A stretch of 64,000 nucleotides of DNA from contig JBFLGF010000033.1 of NCBI GenBank assembly GCA_050230475.1, positions 1 to 64,000 of the forward strand, given 5' to 3'. Below the pieces are notes generated by a model. It searched no databases. It saw only the letters and a program-made list of their open reading frames with translations, and was not told the origin of the DNA. Shown here piece by piece: positions 1-12,400 of this stretch (position 1 is the first letter of the stretch; every line of letters starts with the position of its first letter). This DNA is from Ancylonema sp. Its lineage: Eukaryota. A program made the position numbers and the translations under genes.

Positions 1-661
1 AATTCAGCGTGCTCACTGCAGCTTCCCCATTCGCTTTCAAAGCCTCAGCCAATGCAAAGGCTCCCTTGTCCTACACCCAACCCAACCCAACCCAACCCAC
101 CTCCCTCACCCACAATCTTACTTCATGACAAACCCGTCCAACTGCACAAGTCTTCCCCTCACACTAGCTAAGGATGCCATCAAACAATCCTATCCGAACC
201 GCCACTCGCAACCTAACCAGGCAAACTGTGCATCCTACCAAATTGTTGCCACCCAAAGCAAGCGATGAAGCAATCCTTAAAGCTGGGTGACAACAACCGC
301 ACCGCCTCAAAACTGAGCTCGGCAATGCTCTCAAAAGTTTGGACTTGGTTGCTGGATATGGATATGGCCTCGAATTAACCCCCCCCCCCCCTCCCCCTTA
401 TTTCATTAAACCCAAGGTCTAGCGAAGTCAAGTGCTCGTTCACTACTCTCAAGCTGGACGCCAGTGCCTTTGCACCCTGCGGTTCAGAAACATATGACAT
501 ACAATAAATACGAAACTGGGAGAGAAAACACTCGAGCTCCCCCATCTGATGTCTCTCACTTTTGGAATTCCTCGACTCGATTCCAAAACGTTCATAACAT
601 CATTATGCTGAAATGCCTCCTCCATTGGAATCGATGTACCATTCCCACCTTGTCCCCCAAC
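1..661. repeat. Exact duplicate of 9621-10281 (3' exons of the LRR gene), ending at a single-N join (662)
   Basis: Same sequence at offset 9620 (ORF 464 = ORF 10084). The copy stops at the N. Confidence 0.9.
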
Positions 662-819
662 NATGTTTGCAATGTGGATGTGGATGTGGTGTGTGAATGT
701 ACACCTCAATAAGGATGTCACTGCACTTTATTTCATATGAGCATGATGATTCAATCACATCATGTGATGGTTAGTGTGAATTGCTAGTTTACGTCTACTT
801 TGTTCATGTTGTATGCGAC

Positions 820-990
820 AATGCACACTCTATATGTCAACATGAACACTCGAGATGCCAACATGTTCATGTTTGATGCCAACATGCTTAGTTAACATGC
901 CAATATGTACACTCTACATGCTAACATGTACACTCGAGATGCCAACATGCACACTCTGCATGCCAATGACATCTGATATCTAACATAGAT
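820..990. repeat. Degenerate ~21-bp minisatellite (consensus ~ATGCCAACATGTACACTCGAG)
   Basis: About 7 imperfect tandem units are visible. Confidence 0.7.
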
Positions 991-1161
991 AAAGCTAGTC
1001 ATATACATCACCTATTGCAGACACAAGGCTCCAAATCATCACTCATTTTGATCACCATGAATCATCATCTACATACAACCAAAACGTAACTTCCAAACGT
1101 ATTTCTCACTCAACAATCCCCTGACTACCAACCCCTCTCTTATTTTCCTAGTCCCCCCCCA

Positions 1162-1640
1162 TCTGCCATAATTTTCACTTTCGAGGCCCAACTCGAATCG
1201 AAATCGGGCGCAATTCAGTTGGGCCCCTGTTGGATCTAGCCATAAGTTTCGCTCTGCAGAGCATGAATTATGCCTAGACCCAACAGGGGGGCCAACTGAA
1301 TTGTGCCCGGTTTCGATTCGAGTTGGGCCCCGAAAGTGAATATTATGGCAGACCCGAGCCGGACCCAAGTGAATTGTGCCAGGTTCGATCGTCTTGGGCC
1401 CAGGTGAGCTCCACTTCGTCGGACCCAACTGAATACAATTCTTGGGCCCAAGACGATCGAAGTGATTCGTGGCCCAATCAAATTGGTTCACAAACCGTGT
1501 GAAATCCGTGCCAAGTCCGGAGTCACTGTTGCTTGGGCTTGATCATAACTTCAACAAATTGGCCTGGGCCCCGGTTGGGCCGGAGCACCAACGTAGCGCT
1601 AACTCATGCCGGTTCTCGGGCCCACCAGGGGCCCGACACG
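1162..1640. repeat. Foldback/MITE-like palindromic element rich in GGCCCA/TGGGCC
   Basis: 1162-1352 is an imperfect palindrome centred on GCTCTGCAGAGC. A second perfect 19-bp inverted repeat lies at 1384-1402/1443-1461. Confidence 0.75.
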
Positions 1641-2049
1641 TACAGGATTACCCCTGACCTGGTGTACGGTGATGCAGCCGTTGCTCTGCCTGGGCACTCG
1701 ACCCAGATCGATTCTAGCTCACAGATGCTCGAAGGATTTTTGGGGGCCGTCGATGTCCACTCATTTTTTGAATATATATAAATATCTCCCGAAATGTTGC
1801 AACAATCGCTTACCTGGAAGAAATTTGACAGATGCCGCACTCTGCGTAGCATACGTGGCAGAACGCGCAAGACCGTTGAGCGCTCTGTGCATTCACCCTC
1901 GCAGCGCCCGCACTTTAAGCACTTGCAAATCGGGCCTAGCTTTCAGTTCACACTCGTATCACTAAAACTTTACGCCGGACACCACTCGTTGCCGAATCCT
2001 GTAAACACCAACTGCACAGCAAGCATCTAACTTATCTGACTTTTGATGC

Positions 2050-3150
2050 ATGTGTCGCGCGAATTGTCTGCAAGCGATGCCAGCTGTGACGTGGGGGGAC
2101 CTGAATGGATCATACACCCTCGGAGCGGAATTGGGGATGGGGGCTTTCGCTCGTGTCTGGCTCTGTGAGCACAAGGAGACTGGAAAATCGTATGCTTGTA
2201 AGAGCATGAGGAAGGACGACGTAGCATTCGGGATGGCAGGTATCCAGAACGAGGTGACCGCCATGCGCCAGCTGGCAGGGAACTTGTCTAACGTTCAGTT
2301 GCACGAGGCCATAGAGGACGAGGAGTACGTGCACCTCATCTGTGACCTTTGTGACGGTGACCTGTTCGAGTGGCTACGGTCACATCACGGCTTCCTGCAC
2401 GAGGATCGGATTCGAGCGGTGTTCTGGTCCGTGATGACAGCTGTGGAAGGCTGCCACCAGGCATCTATCCTGCATCGGGACATCAAGCTGGAAAACTTCT
2501 TTTTAGTGCACAGGGAGGGGGGAGAGGATGCGGTGGTGCTGGGGGATTTCGGTCTGGCGGTAGAGTTGCGTGAGGAGGAGGGGGGAGTAACCTCTGGACG
2601 AGCTGGCAGTCGCACGTATCTCGCTCCAGAAGTGATGGGCGGACAGGAGTACGGCACGAAGGCGGACATCTGGTGTTGCGGGATCGTGCTTCATTACCTT
2701 GTCTCCAAAACTGCCCCCTTCACTCACTTAGAAGACCATGAGGGTGGGCAGCGGGAGGCGAAACTGGAAGGTGGCCCCTGGTCGTCCATCTCGGAAGATC
2801 TGAAGACCCTCCTTGCTCAGATGTTGTCCTTCGAACCCAACAGCCGTCCATCTGCCGGCGAGGTCCTCGCCCGCCTCTGCCCTCATCTTGAAAGGACATC
2901 ATTTCTCTCCTCCACCTCCCTCTCGGAGGTTGTGCCCACCTCGTGCGCCGCTCTGGAGACAGACCTCAGCTTTGCGGAGTGGAGGGACGAGCCGCCTGCT
3001 ATGCCTGCAGTTGCGGTGCATACGGTAGGCTGCAGCCTGAAGCGGGCTGCGGCAGGGACCGGAGAGAACTTGGGGCAGATTTATAAATACAGAAAATCCG
3101 ATAGGTGGCATGCCTGGAAGTCATCAGTGTCAGTACACGTGAGTGGATGA
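2050..3150 (+). CDS. Intronless Ser/Thr protein kinase, CAMK group (CDPK/PPCK-related, no EF-hands)
   Basis: 366-aa ORF with GMGAFARV, YACK, HRDIKLEN, DFG, YLAPE and ADIW kinase motifs. Confidence 0.9.
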   Translation: MCRANCLQAMPAVTWGDLNGSYTLGAELGMGAFARVWLCEHKETGKSYACKSMRKDDVAFGMAGIQNEVTAMRQLAGNLSNVQLHEAIEDEEYVHLICDLCDGDLFEWLRSHHGFLHEDRIRAVFWSVMTAVEGCHQASILHRDIKLENFFLVHREGGEDAVVLGDFGLAVELREEEGGVTSGRAGSRTYLAPEVMGGQEYGTKADIWCCGIVLHYLVSKTAPFTHLEDHEGGQREAKLEGGPWSSISEDLKTLLAQMLSFEPNSRPSAGEVLARLCPHLERTSFLSSTSLSEVVPTSCAALETDLSFAEWRDEPPAMPAVAVHTVGCSLKRAAAGTGENLGQIYKYRKSDRWHAWKSSVSVHVSG

Positions 3151-3758
3151 GTCAGTATCATAGAATCATAGAATCATAACATCACAACATCTGGGTTGTA
3201 GAGGAGTGTTTGTGGGAGCATGACCAAATTCTGCAACTGTACTTATTGTCTATTTGAATGCCATCAATGTTAGAGATGGTTGGTGGTATACTTGTGCTGC
3301 ATTTTTGGCCTTGTGTGCAAAATTCATTTATTATCTTCGCCAATGCAGAATTGTCAAATGCCAAATGCTAAATGCCAAATGCTAAATGCCAAATGCATGG
3401 ACTATAGGGTCCAACCTAAAACTTGACAAGAGGATGCTTCAAACATTTCAACCTTAATAGCGCAATTGCGTGGAACATGGGTCTTGCAAGGTTCATTATT
3501 TTCCATATTACTTCTCATGTGAGGCGAATGTTCAGATTTGGCATATTTTACATAAACTCATCAAATATCCATATCGGCTAGTACCAAAAAAATCTGGCCC
3601 ACACGTTTTCAGTATAACATCGTCCCATTCAACGTTCTTGCTCTGATGCTCATAAAATAACGAGGGAACAAATTTTACTGCGATAAAACAATTTCATTGT
3701 ACATCCTACTTTTATTTTTGAAACGACACACTCATACACACTTGCACATTTGCGCAGT

Positions 3759-6700
3759 CTACTGTTTCTCCTCTTCTTCCACTCCCTCTTCCTTAGCACG
3801 TGCCGACATGGCGAAAATCTCCGAAATTACTTCGAGTGGCAGACCCTTTGTTTCGGGGACTTGAAAAAATATGAACGCCCACGAGATGATTGTCATAACG
3901 CAGAAAAGTCCGAATACTCCGCCCAATCCAAACAGTCCTCGGAGCACTGGAAACGCTTGACTAACCGCAATGTTACACCCCCACATGGTTGCTGCACACA
4001 GACCGATGCACACTCCCCGCACGCGCGTGGGGAAGATCTCGGAGCAAATGATGTTTGGTATAGGACCGAACCCCGTTACAAACGAACACGAGAAGATTGC
4101 CACTCCCGATAACGAACCAATAGATTGGATCAACGACCCATCGGGGAGGAGGAGGAATGCCACGGAGAGCAGGGCGAGGGAGAGGGTCATCACGGGAATG
4201 GTGCTTAGAAGGAGGGTTCTAAAAAGGGCAAGGGGAGGGGGGGGGGTTAGGAGTGTGATCCATCCAAGGGGATGGATGGAAGATGGGGCATTGAAAAGAA
4301 AAGAAACAACCGTCTATGAAGATCAGAATATACCAAAATCAAATTGAAAAATTAGGGAAATTCACAGACTGCCCTTTTCAATTAGGTTTTCCTCTACTCT
4401 TCGTTTCTTGTGCCAGGTTGAGGCTATCCTCACCTCCTCCCGCTCCTGTCCATGAGCCACATGGCAAGGAAGATGCAGGGCAGCATGAGGAAGGTGGTGG
4501 CCGTGCTGGCCAGGATGGAGGAGGAGGGGCCACTCAGCCCCAGCTGCTCCAGCATGCCAGCCCCAGAGTCCATGAGGATGGTTGGGGTGTAATACAGGAC
4601 TGCGTTGATGCCGCATGCCTGGAGGGTGGGGGAGGGGGGTTTTAAGCACCTGTTCTTAATTGACCATAACGTCTGTTTTTTGCACATACTAGTGGTGTGA
4701 CTGTGGGAGGGGTACCGACGTTGGTGTAGACATGTATTCTTGTATAAGGTTCAAAAAAATCTAGAATGTTAACGTTGTAGACGACGTGGTTTACACTGTA
4801 TAGTCAGGCAGAAGCGCCTCATAAAATTATGTCTACTCCCATCAGAAGGCATGAGTACTTGTGAACCCCCATCAACCAATCCACCTTCTCCACCACTCAT
4901 CCCCCCCTTCCCCCCAACCCCCCCCCCAGCCGCCTACCTGCTGCAGGGCCTGGAGGCACACCCCCACCAGCAACGCCTGCGGGACCCCCGGTTCCAGATA
5001 CTCCCGCCAGGCTGCCCCTTTCTTGGCAGGCGCAGGCTTGGCAGGGGGCTCCACCACAACCTCTGCCTCTGGCCCACTGCCCCCCTCTTGCAACAAGAAC
5101 ACTTGTCGTAGTCCTTCCTCTGCTACGTTCTCCCCCCCCCCCCCCCCCTTCTCATGACTGCCCTCCCCCCCCTGTGAATGGGATCGCCCAAAACTCTGCC
5201 TGCTGTCCGTCCTGATGGAGCCTGCCAGGACAGCTGTCAGGCCACTGTTGCTGGATTGGAGGAGGGGAGTCTCCCTGTGGCTGCTCTGGCGTGAAGTGAG
5301 GGGGGAGATGGATGGGGTGCGTTTGGGAGTGCCATGTGGCGACGCTCTCCATTTGGCCAGCAGGGGGTGGAAGAGCATGCTCTCATCGAAATCTCCCACC
5401 ATCATTCCATTCTCGAGATCGCCCCCCTCCCCCTCGTGGGCCCACGCAGGCTCCTGGTCCCCTGCCCCACCCTCCTTGGCATTCCGAATTTCATCCATGA
5501 GCGACACCAGCTGGTTGACCTGAAGACCATTGAATGCCATATGGCTCAGCGATTTGATCAGATACGAACCCTCCTTCTCCTCCTCCTCCTCCTCCTCCCC
5601 CCCCCCTTCCCCCTCCTCCTTCTTCGCCTCCACCTCCTCCTTGCCCTCGTGTGTCAACTGCTGGGCGATCCACACCTTCCCCTCTGATCCCACGAGGGCA
5701 ACCTCTCCCGCCGGCTGCACCTCCTCTGCCTGCTCCTCTGGGCATATTGAATCAGAGGGTTGGAGGAGCCAGTCCTCGAGGGCAGCATCCCCACCCACCC
5801 CCAAACCCACCACCAGCATACCCAGCTCGCCTGCGATATCACAGCTGTCACTCAGGCACTGCTCGACTTTGCTCCATGCAGAAAACTGGATGCGTCGTAT
5901 TTGGAACACAAGTGTTTCCTTGACAGTACATATTTGTTTGAATTCATTCAGTGAATGGCCCCACCATTTCGTCGAAATGAAGCATTGCTCGGAAAAACCC
6001 TAAAACTATTTGACTTTGGTGTGTGTGGCAAAGATGTGAGGAGGAATGCAAATGAGTTGAAGAGGAATTTGGTTGGACCCTATCTACCGTCTCCCCACTG
6101 CGAATCGGATTCGGATTCAAGAACCGGGTACCTGCCACATCTTTCTGGTTCCGCAACTGTTGCAGCGTGCGTCTCGCCTCCTTCATCCGCCCCTTGCTCA
6201 CCAGCCAGCGGGGAGACTCAGGGAGGACGAAAATGAGGAGGAGGAGGTAGAAAAGCGCAGGAAGCAATCTGAGGCGCGATAGGGAATGAGAGAATGAGAT
6301 ATGAGTGGTCAGAGGATAGCTGGATAGCTTGTAGGCACCTCCCATCCATTCTGGAGACAGGTGGCAGAGTCTCTACTTCGAACCAGTGCAAATCCCTCTG
6401 TAAACCCCCAGTATCCGATCCAGAAACCGTTACATGCGGGCCCCTCCACATAAGGGAAGTGAGACTCACTCGACTCCCAGCATGAAGCGCCAGTTGGGTG
6501 CCTCCACCAGAGAAACCCCAAACACGAAACAGTACGCCGCCAGCATGCCTGCGATTCCCATGAGCTGGGGGAGGGTCGCCAGCTGCCCGCGGATATTGGA
6601 GGGGGAGCACTCGGCGATGAAGAGGGGGGTGATGGTGGCCACGAGACCGATACTAAAACCCACCAGGCCTCTGCCGCCGATGAGGACGTTCACTGAGGGG

Positions 6701-7988
6701 GACCAGCCGTCAATGAATGCACCTGGAGGGGGACAGGTGGAGGGGAGGTTGGGTTTTTTGGGGTTTTGTAGGTGATAAAATGAGAACTACAATATTGGGT
6801 GGTGTCTGACTCATAAGGGGCTGGCCTAGGTGGAGGGAACTGGAGAGAGAGTTAAAGTGAGTAGTAATGATGGCCCGGTTTCAGAGTCGGCATCTGCCAG
6901 AAGACCATGTGCAAGTAAGGAGTGTAGAGCACTTCGGTGATATGTCATGTCGCGCCCAATTGCGCATCAGAAACGGTCCAGAACATGTGATACATAAATG
7001 AGGGTTTAAAAAAATGGAAGGCGGGTTCAGAAATATGCCAGAGGCGAGGCCACTTTCATTTTGGAATTGGTGGAAGGTGGAGAGAGAATGAGTACAGTGC
7101 GGTACCGGTGATGTAGATGACTACGGCCACAAGCATCAACGACCGGCGACCAATCGCATCCGCCAAGGGGCCCGCCACGAGGGTGGAAAGGACAGAGCCT
7201 GAAGCGGGTCGGCAGAAAGAGCAGAGATGCGAGTGGGACTACTTGTTGCAGGATGAACTCATGAACTGAAAACTGTTTGGCTCCCATGGTGCAAGCGGGG
7301 ACCGATGAGGATGCAGGATTGCAGGGGGCATGGTTCCAAAGATTGTGGCTGTTCGTGCATCACCTATAAGAGAAGCGGACACAATGGACCCCACCACCTG
7401 CGGGGAGTCCTCGAGCTGAAAATCGGGGGAGATAAAAAGCAGCGAGCCTGGAGAAGCGAACAGAAGAGAGAGGTGGTGAGGTGTCCAAATGAAAGGAACA
7501 AAGAAGCGAAGTAGCGAACAACATGGGTCTGTGTGCGAGGACACCGTGTGGATGCATAGAACCTGCTATCCCCGCTCGCACTATTTCGACTCGGACAATT
7601 TTAAGATCTGTGTGTGTGAATGGTGAGGGATTTGCGACTGGTGTTGCATTCTCACCGGCAATTGCCGCGTTATCCCATCCTTGGAGCCCATTCCCTGCAC
7701 AGCGATAAAAGGGGAAAATGAGGGGCAGACTGGCTGACGCTGATTGCGGTCAGCCGACAGCGACCAGGACATGTTGCCTACGAAGATTTGGTTTTTCACT
7801 TCATTGATGTTCAGGGCTAATCGTTGTTATTTACACAGCAGGATACTCGACATGACACCTGACCATGATTTCCTGCGGGTATCAAGGTCTAATGTATAAA
7901 CACGTATAGAGATTTCTGTCAAATGTAAATTTCAAGCGATCCTACCTATTGATGCGATGATGGCCACGGGAACAGCGCTCTTCAACAT
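3759..7988 (-). CDS. TMT: Tonoplast monosaccharide/sugar transporter (TMT/TST, MFS with large central loop), multi-exon
   Basis: Exons encode MLKSAVPVAIIASI/GNGLQGWDNAAIA, GQLATLPQ, LPESPRWLVSKGR, LQQ/ACGINAVLYYTP, GFGPIPNIICSEIFPTRVRG and VPETKGLPLEVI. Introns are GT-AG. Confidence 0.88.
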
Positions 7989-9400
7989 TTTGGTGTCGAA
8001 TGCCGGAAGTTATAATTGAACCCCTGAACGTCAGCTATGGACGTCAATTGCAGCTAACACTGGGGCATCATTCGGAGAATTGCTTTCTCTAGCACCCGAC
8101 GTGACGATGGGTTGGGAGGGGCGAGCGAAGCCGGTGGCTGCATGGCGAGGAGAGACAGTCCCTCAAAGTACAATGTTCCTGAGGTGACGGAGCTTCTCAG
8201 GGAAACCATACAAAAGTAGGTCTGCCGTTAGGCAACCGGGTCGTGCTTACAGAAACCTCACCAACCAGAAGGCGACATGTAATCTAAAAACCGTCATTAT
8301 TGGACCAGATAGTTCACCGTCCACTTGTGGACACGCGGCAGGTATTAAGGGACGTGACAGGGAATCTCAGAACCACGTGCCCCTTATTCAGGCTAGACGT
8401 GTCGCCCACGTTCGTGGATGGCACAATTCCCTCCAGCATGCAGTGCACGAGTTTGACGAATCGGTTGGATTTAGGACGAGGTCACGTGACTGCTTTTGCC
8501 GCAAAAGAACTGAACATCTGCTTACTGCCCACTTTCTGCCATGTGAACGCAATAATATGTCCGTCCGTGGTGGGACGGATGTGGCAAAACAACTATTTCA
8601 CCGCCATCCTCGTGTTTTGGGTCAACCACCCAAACGCAACGTGCGGTTCCGAATTCCCGTATTGTGCACAACTGTCTATAAATCATGAGCCCTAATAATT
8701 AGAGACTTGTCCCTCTCACAAATCAAAGAAGCGTCAACATGCCGCTTCACATCTGTCAAAATCTCTCTCACCAAATATGCAGAATATGCAAATTTCAAAG
8801 TGATTGCTCTACAAAAAACATACCAACGTGTACACACATTGCAATGATCAGATTGCAACAAATTTATTAGCCGCAATTTCCAAAAACATTTCACCTTTGT
8901 TTTCTTCCAATTCTTGTATTTTCTTGCAACACTTTCGGGAGCACATGCGTAATATCAGCCGCGTTCAGATCGAGTTTGTAATTCGCATTTGAGGGTAGGC
9001 TCGTCTGCACTCACTTCAGCAAACGCTTCTTCTCATATCATCGCAATGATATTTTATCGCCTCCGTCACACTCTATAGTCAAAAAATATGTTTAAACTCC
9101 TCTTGATCGACGACACTTTGCGCAGACAAAAAAAATGACACCGACCATGTATCCTCAATGAAAGCATACATGACTAACAAACTTTGAACATGCGTCATTG
9201 CCATTTCCCGTGCTTTCGATTGACCGCCAAGTCTACCCTACTACTCACCAAAATCTCGTATATCACACAACACTTATACAAATTGTTGTATTGCCACTAT
9301 TGACAGCAATGCCACAGCCTCATCCGATTTGTTGGATTATACACTAAGCCTTTATCACTCGAACATGAAGGTAAACGTTCTCGAAGTTCATGCACGCTAT

Positions 9401-12400
9401 TCAAAACAAAATTGTCACTTCCCGCCCGTCGTTCATTTCACTCACTATGTCTTTCGCTTCACTCAACGCAACCTGAAAACAAATTGCGGCAGTCAGAGGA
9501 GAGAGGCTATCCCACAAAAGGCGCGACATTTTTATTTTCCATCATACGCCATTCCACGAACGAGATGGACATCAATGCTACGACTCACTTCTCCGTATTT
9601 GGTGAGGTAGTTGCTCGTCAAATTCAGCGTGCTCACTGCAGCTTCCCCATTCGCTTTCAAAGCCTCAGCCAATGCAAAGGCTCCCTTGTCCTACACCCAA
9701 CCCAACCCAACCCAACCCACCTCCCTCACCCACAATCTTACTTCATGACAAACCCGTCCAACTGCACAAGTCTTCCCCTCACACTAGCTAAGGATGCCAT
9801 CAAACAATCCTATCCGAACCGCCACTCGCAACCTAACCAGGCAAACTGTGCATCCTACCAAATTGTTGCCACCCAAAGCAAGCGATGAAGCAATCCTTAA
9901 AGCTGGGTGACAACAACCGCACCGCCTCAAAACTGAGCTCGGCAATGCTCTCAAAAGTTTGGACTTGGTTGCTGGATATGGATATGGCCTCGAATTAACC
10001 CCCCCCCCCCCTCCCCCTTATTTCATTAAACCCAAGGTCTAGCGAAGTCAAGTGCTCGTTCACTACTCTCAAGCTGGACGCCAGTGCCTTTGCACCCTGC
10101 GGTTCAGAAACATATGACATACAATAAATACGAAACTGGGAGAGAAAACACTCGAGCTCCCCCATCTGATGTCTCTCACTTTTGGAATTCCTCGACTCGA
10201 TTCCAAAACGTTCATAACATCATTATGCTGAAATGCCTCCTCCATTGGAATCGATGTACCATTCCCACCTTGTCCCCCAACTTATTCGCTCTCAAGTCGA
10301 GCGTCGACACGGTGGAGTTGTATTTCAGCGCTTCCGCCATGTGCTCAGCTCCTTCAACCCCTATCTGCACGACCACCCACACACACACAAAAAAAAACAA
10401 AAAAATTTTGAACCAACAACGCATGTGATAGCATTCCGTACAAGAAATCCCAATCGTGTATACCAACACCCCCCCTCCCTCACGCCCTCCTGTCCCCCAT
10501 TCCTCCCCTTCACAGTAGCCAGCAGCGGCTGTAGCCAGTATTGTGCCTATAGCGAGGTGCGACTCTCTCACCTTGCACCACCCCAGTCTGAGCGTCTCGA
10601 TGTTCCCAAAGAACTTGATGGTGTCCGCCACCTGCTTGGCCCCCTCGGGTCCGATCGGGTTGTACCCCATCTCCAGCGTGGTGAGGGAGGTGTTGTCCTT
10701 CAGAGCGGAGCAGATGTACGCAGTCCCCTCCACCTTTATATTATTGCCGCCCTACGAACCCAAAGAGAGAGTGAGAGAGAGAGGGAGAGAGGGAGGGAGA
10801 GAGCGAGGGGAGATGAGGTGTGGTGAAGAGTGGTGGTGTGGGGGGGGGTCCGGGATGTGCTCACAATGTCAATAGTGGATATCGTTTTGTTCTTTTTCAG
10901 CGCTTCGGCCACTTTCTGGGCGCCCTGCGACCACCAAGACAGTCAACTCCATCAAGAAAGTCAACTCCGCAACCCCAAAAATCGCGTGCTTGACCCGATT
11001 TCACCCTAAGTAAGGTCATAGCAACCCCCCCTCCAGCTGGAAAAATACATTCATAATAAATGTTATAAATATCAAACTTTCAATTAAATCAATTATTTAA
11101 ATAACGATACAATGAATATGCTGATACTCTTAACAATACTAATAATAATGATGTAATGACGTAATGATGTAATGATATGATATGATACTCTCATCATAAG
11201 AGAGTGATGGGAGCTCCCTCACCTCATCCCCGATATCGTTCATGTACAACGAGAGCCACTGCAGTGAGCGGCTCTTCTTTAAGAACTCGGCCACGTAGAA
11301 CGCCCCCTTGGCACCGATACCGTTGTTCCCCAAGTCCACTGAGCTCAATTTGGCTGCCTCCCCTCCAAAAAGTCAACAGCGACAATCATGAGGCGTTGTC
11401 TCCCCCCCACCCCCACCCCAGTCCCCCCCCCATCCCCCCCCCATCCCCCCCACCCACCTTTAGACGCGACCAACGCTTCACTGATCACTCTCGCCCCCTC
11501 ATCCCCGATGCCGTTCCCCTGAAAATGAAACTCCTGCCAACACATGTCCAGATTCACAGGTCTCAATCGGATGTGTCCGGGAACTTTCCCCGGCGCACCC
11601 CGGTTTTTTTTGGAGTGTCTGTCTCCTCACCCGTAACGTTTTATTCTCCTGTAACCCCTTGGCAATGGCAGAAGCCCCCAGAGCACCTGCGTAGTTCCCA
11701 CTGCATTGCAGAAATTCAACAATTTATTTATTAGGAGCTCGAGTCCCACCCCTCCTGCCATATACCACCCTGTTCCCGTTCGCATTCCGTCCTCTTCTCC
11801 TCAAGCCATCCATACCTTTCTCCCACCACTTTTCCTCCACCCTCACAATTATCTATAGTCACAATTATCGAGTATAGGAACCTGCTTGTGACCCCGTGCA
11901 ATCTGAGTGTGAGTATCTACCTGAGGATGGAAAAAGTGGTATCAGTTTCTACGACACACACACAGCATCCCCCCCCCTCGCTTGAAGTGCGGTGGCCTCG
12001 GCGTCGTGTTCTGCATCAATGCCTCCGCCAGAGCCGCACAGCCCTGAACCCCATAAAACCCCAAAGACATGAGAAATCAATACCTCAAATCAATCATCAG
12101 TGATGTGATGCCCAAGGCCCCCCCCCCACCGAGTATTCCATTGTGTTGTTGTTCAGCTCCAGTGTGGTAATCGAAGTGTTGGTCTTTAACATCTCGGCCA
12201 ACGCCTTCCCCCCCTGCCACCCCCCCCAGCCCCGAGGAGGACAGCTGTCACCGACGAGAAGGACAGGTGTCATCTTCGCAACAGCTTCTTCACCAACCTC
12301 GTCCCCGATCCCGTTGCTGTTCAGCTGCAGCGTCTGTATAGCTGTTGCACTCTCCTTGAGGACTTTCGCCAGTGCCTGCCATACCAAAAAGGGCGAGTTA

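Noticed and set aside
1..662. Apparent second copy of the LRR gene 3' end
   Set aside because: It appears identical to 9621-10281 and ends at a single-N join, so it is a redundant contig rather than a paralogue.
820..990. CRISPR-like repeat array
   Set aside because: The units are contiguous and degenerate, with no unique spacers or cas genes. It is a eukaryotic minisatellite.
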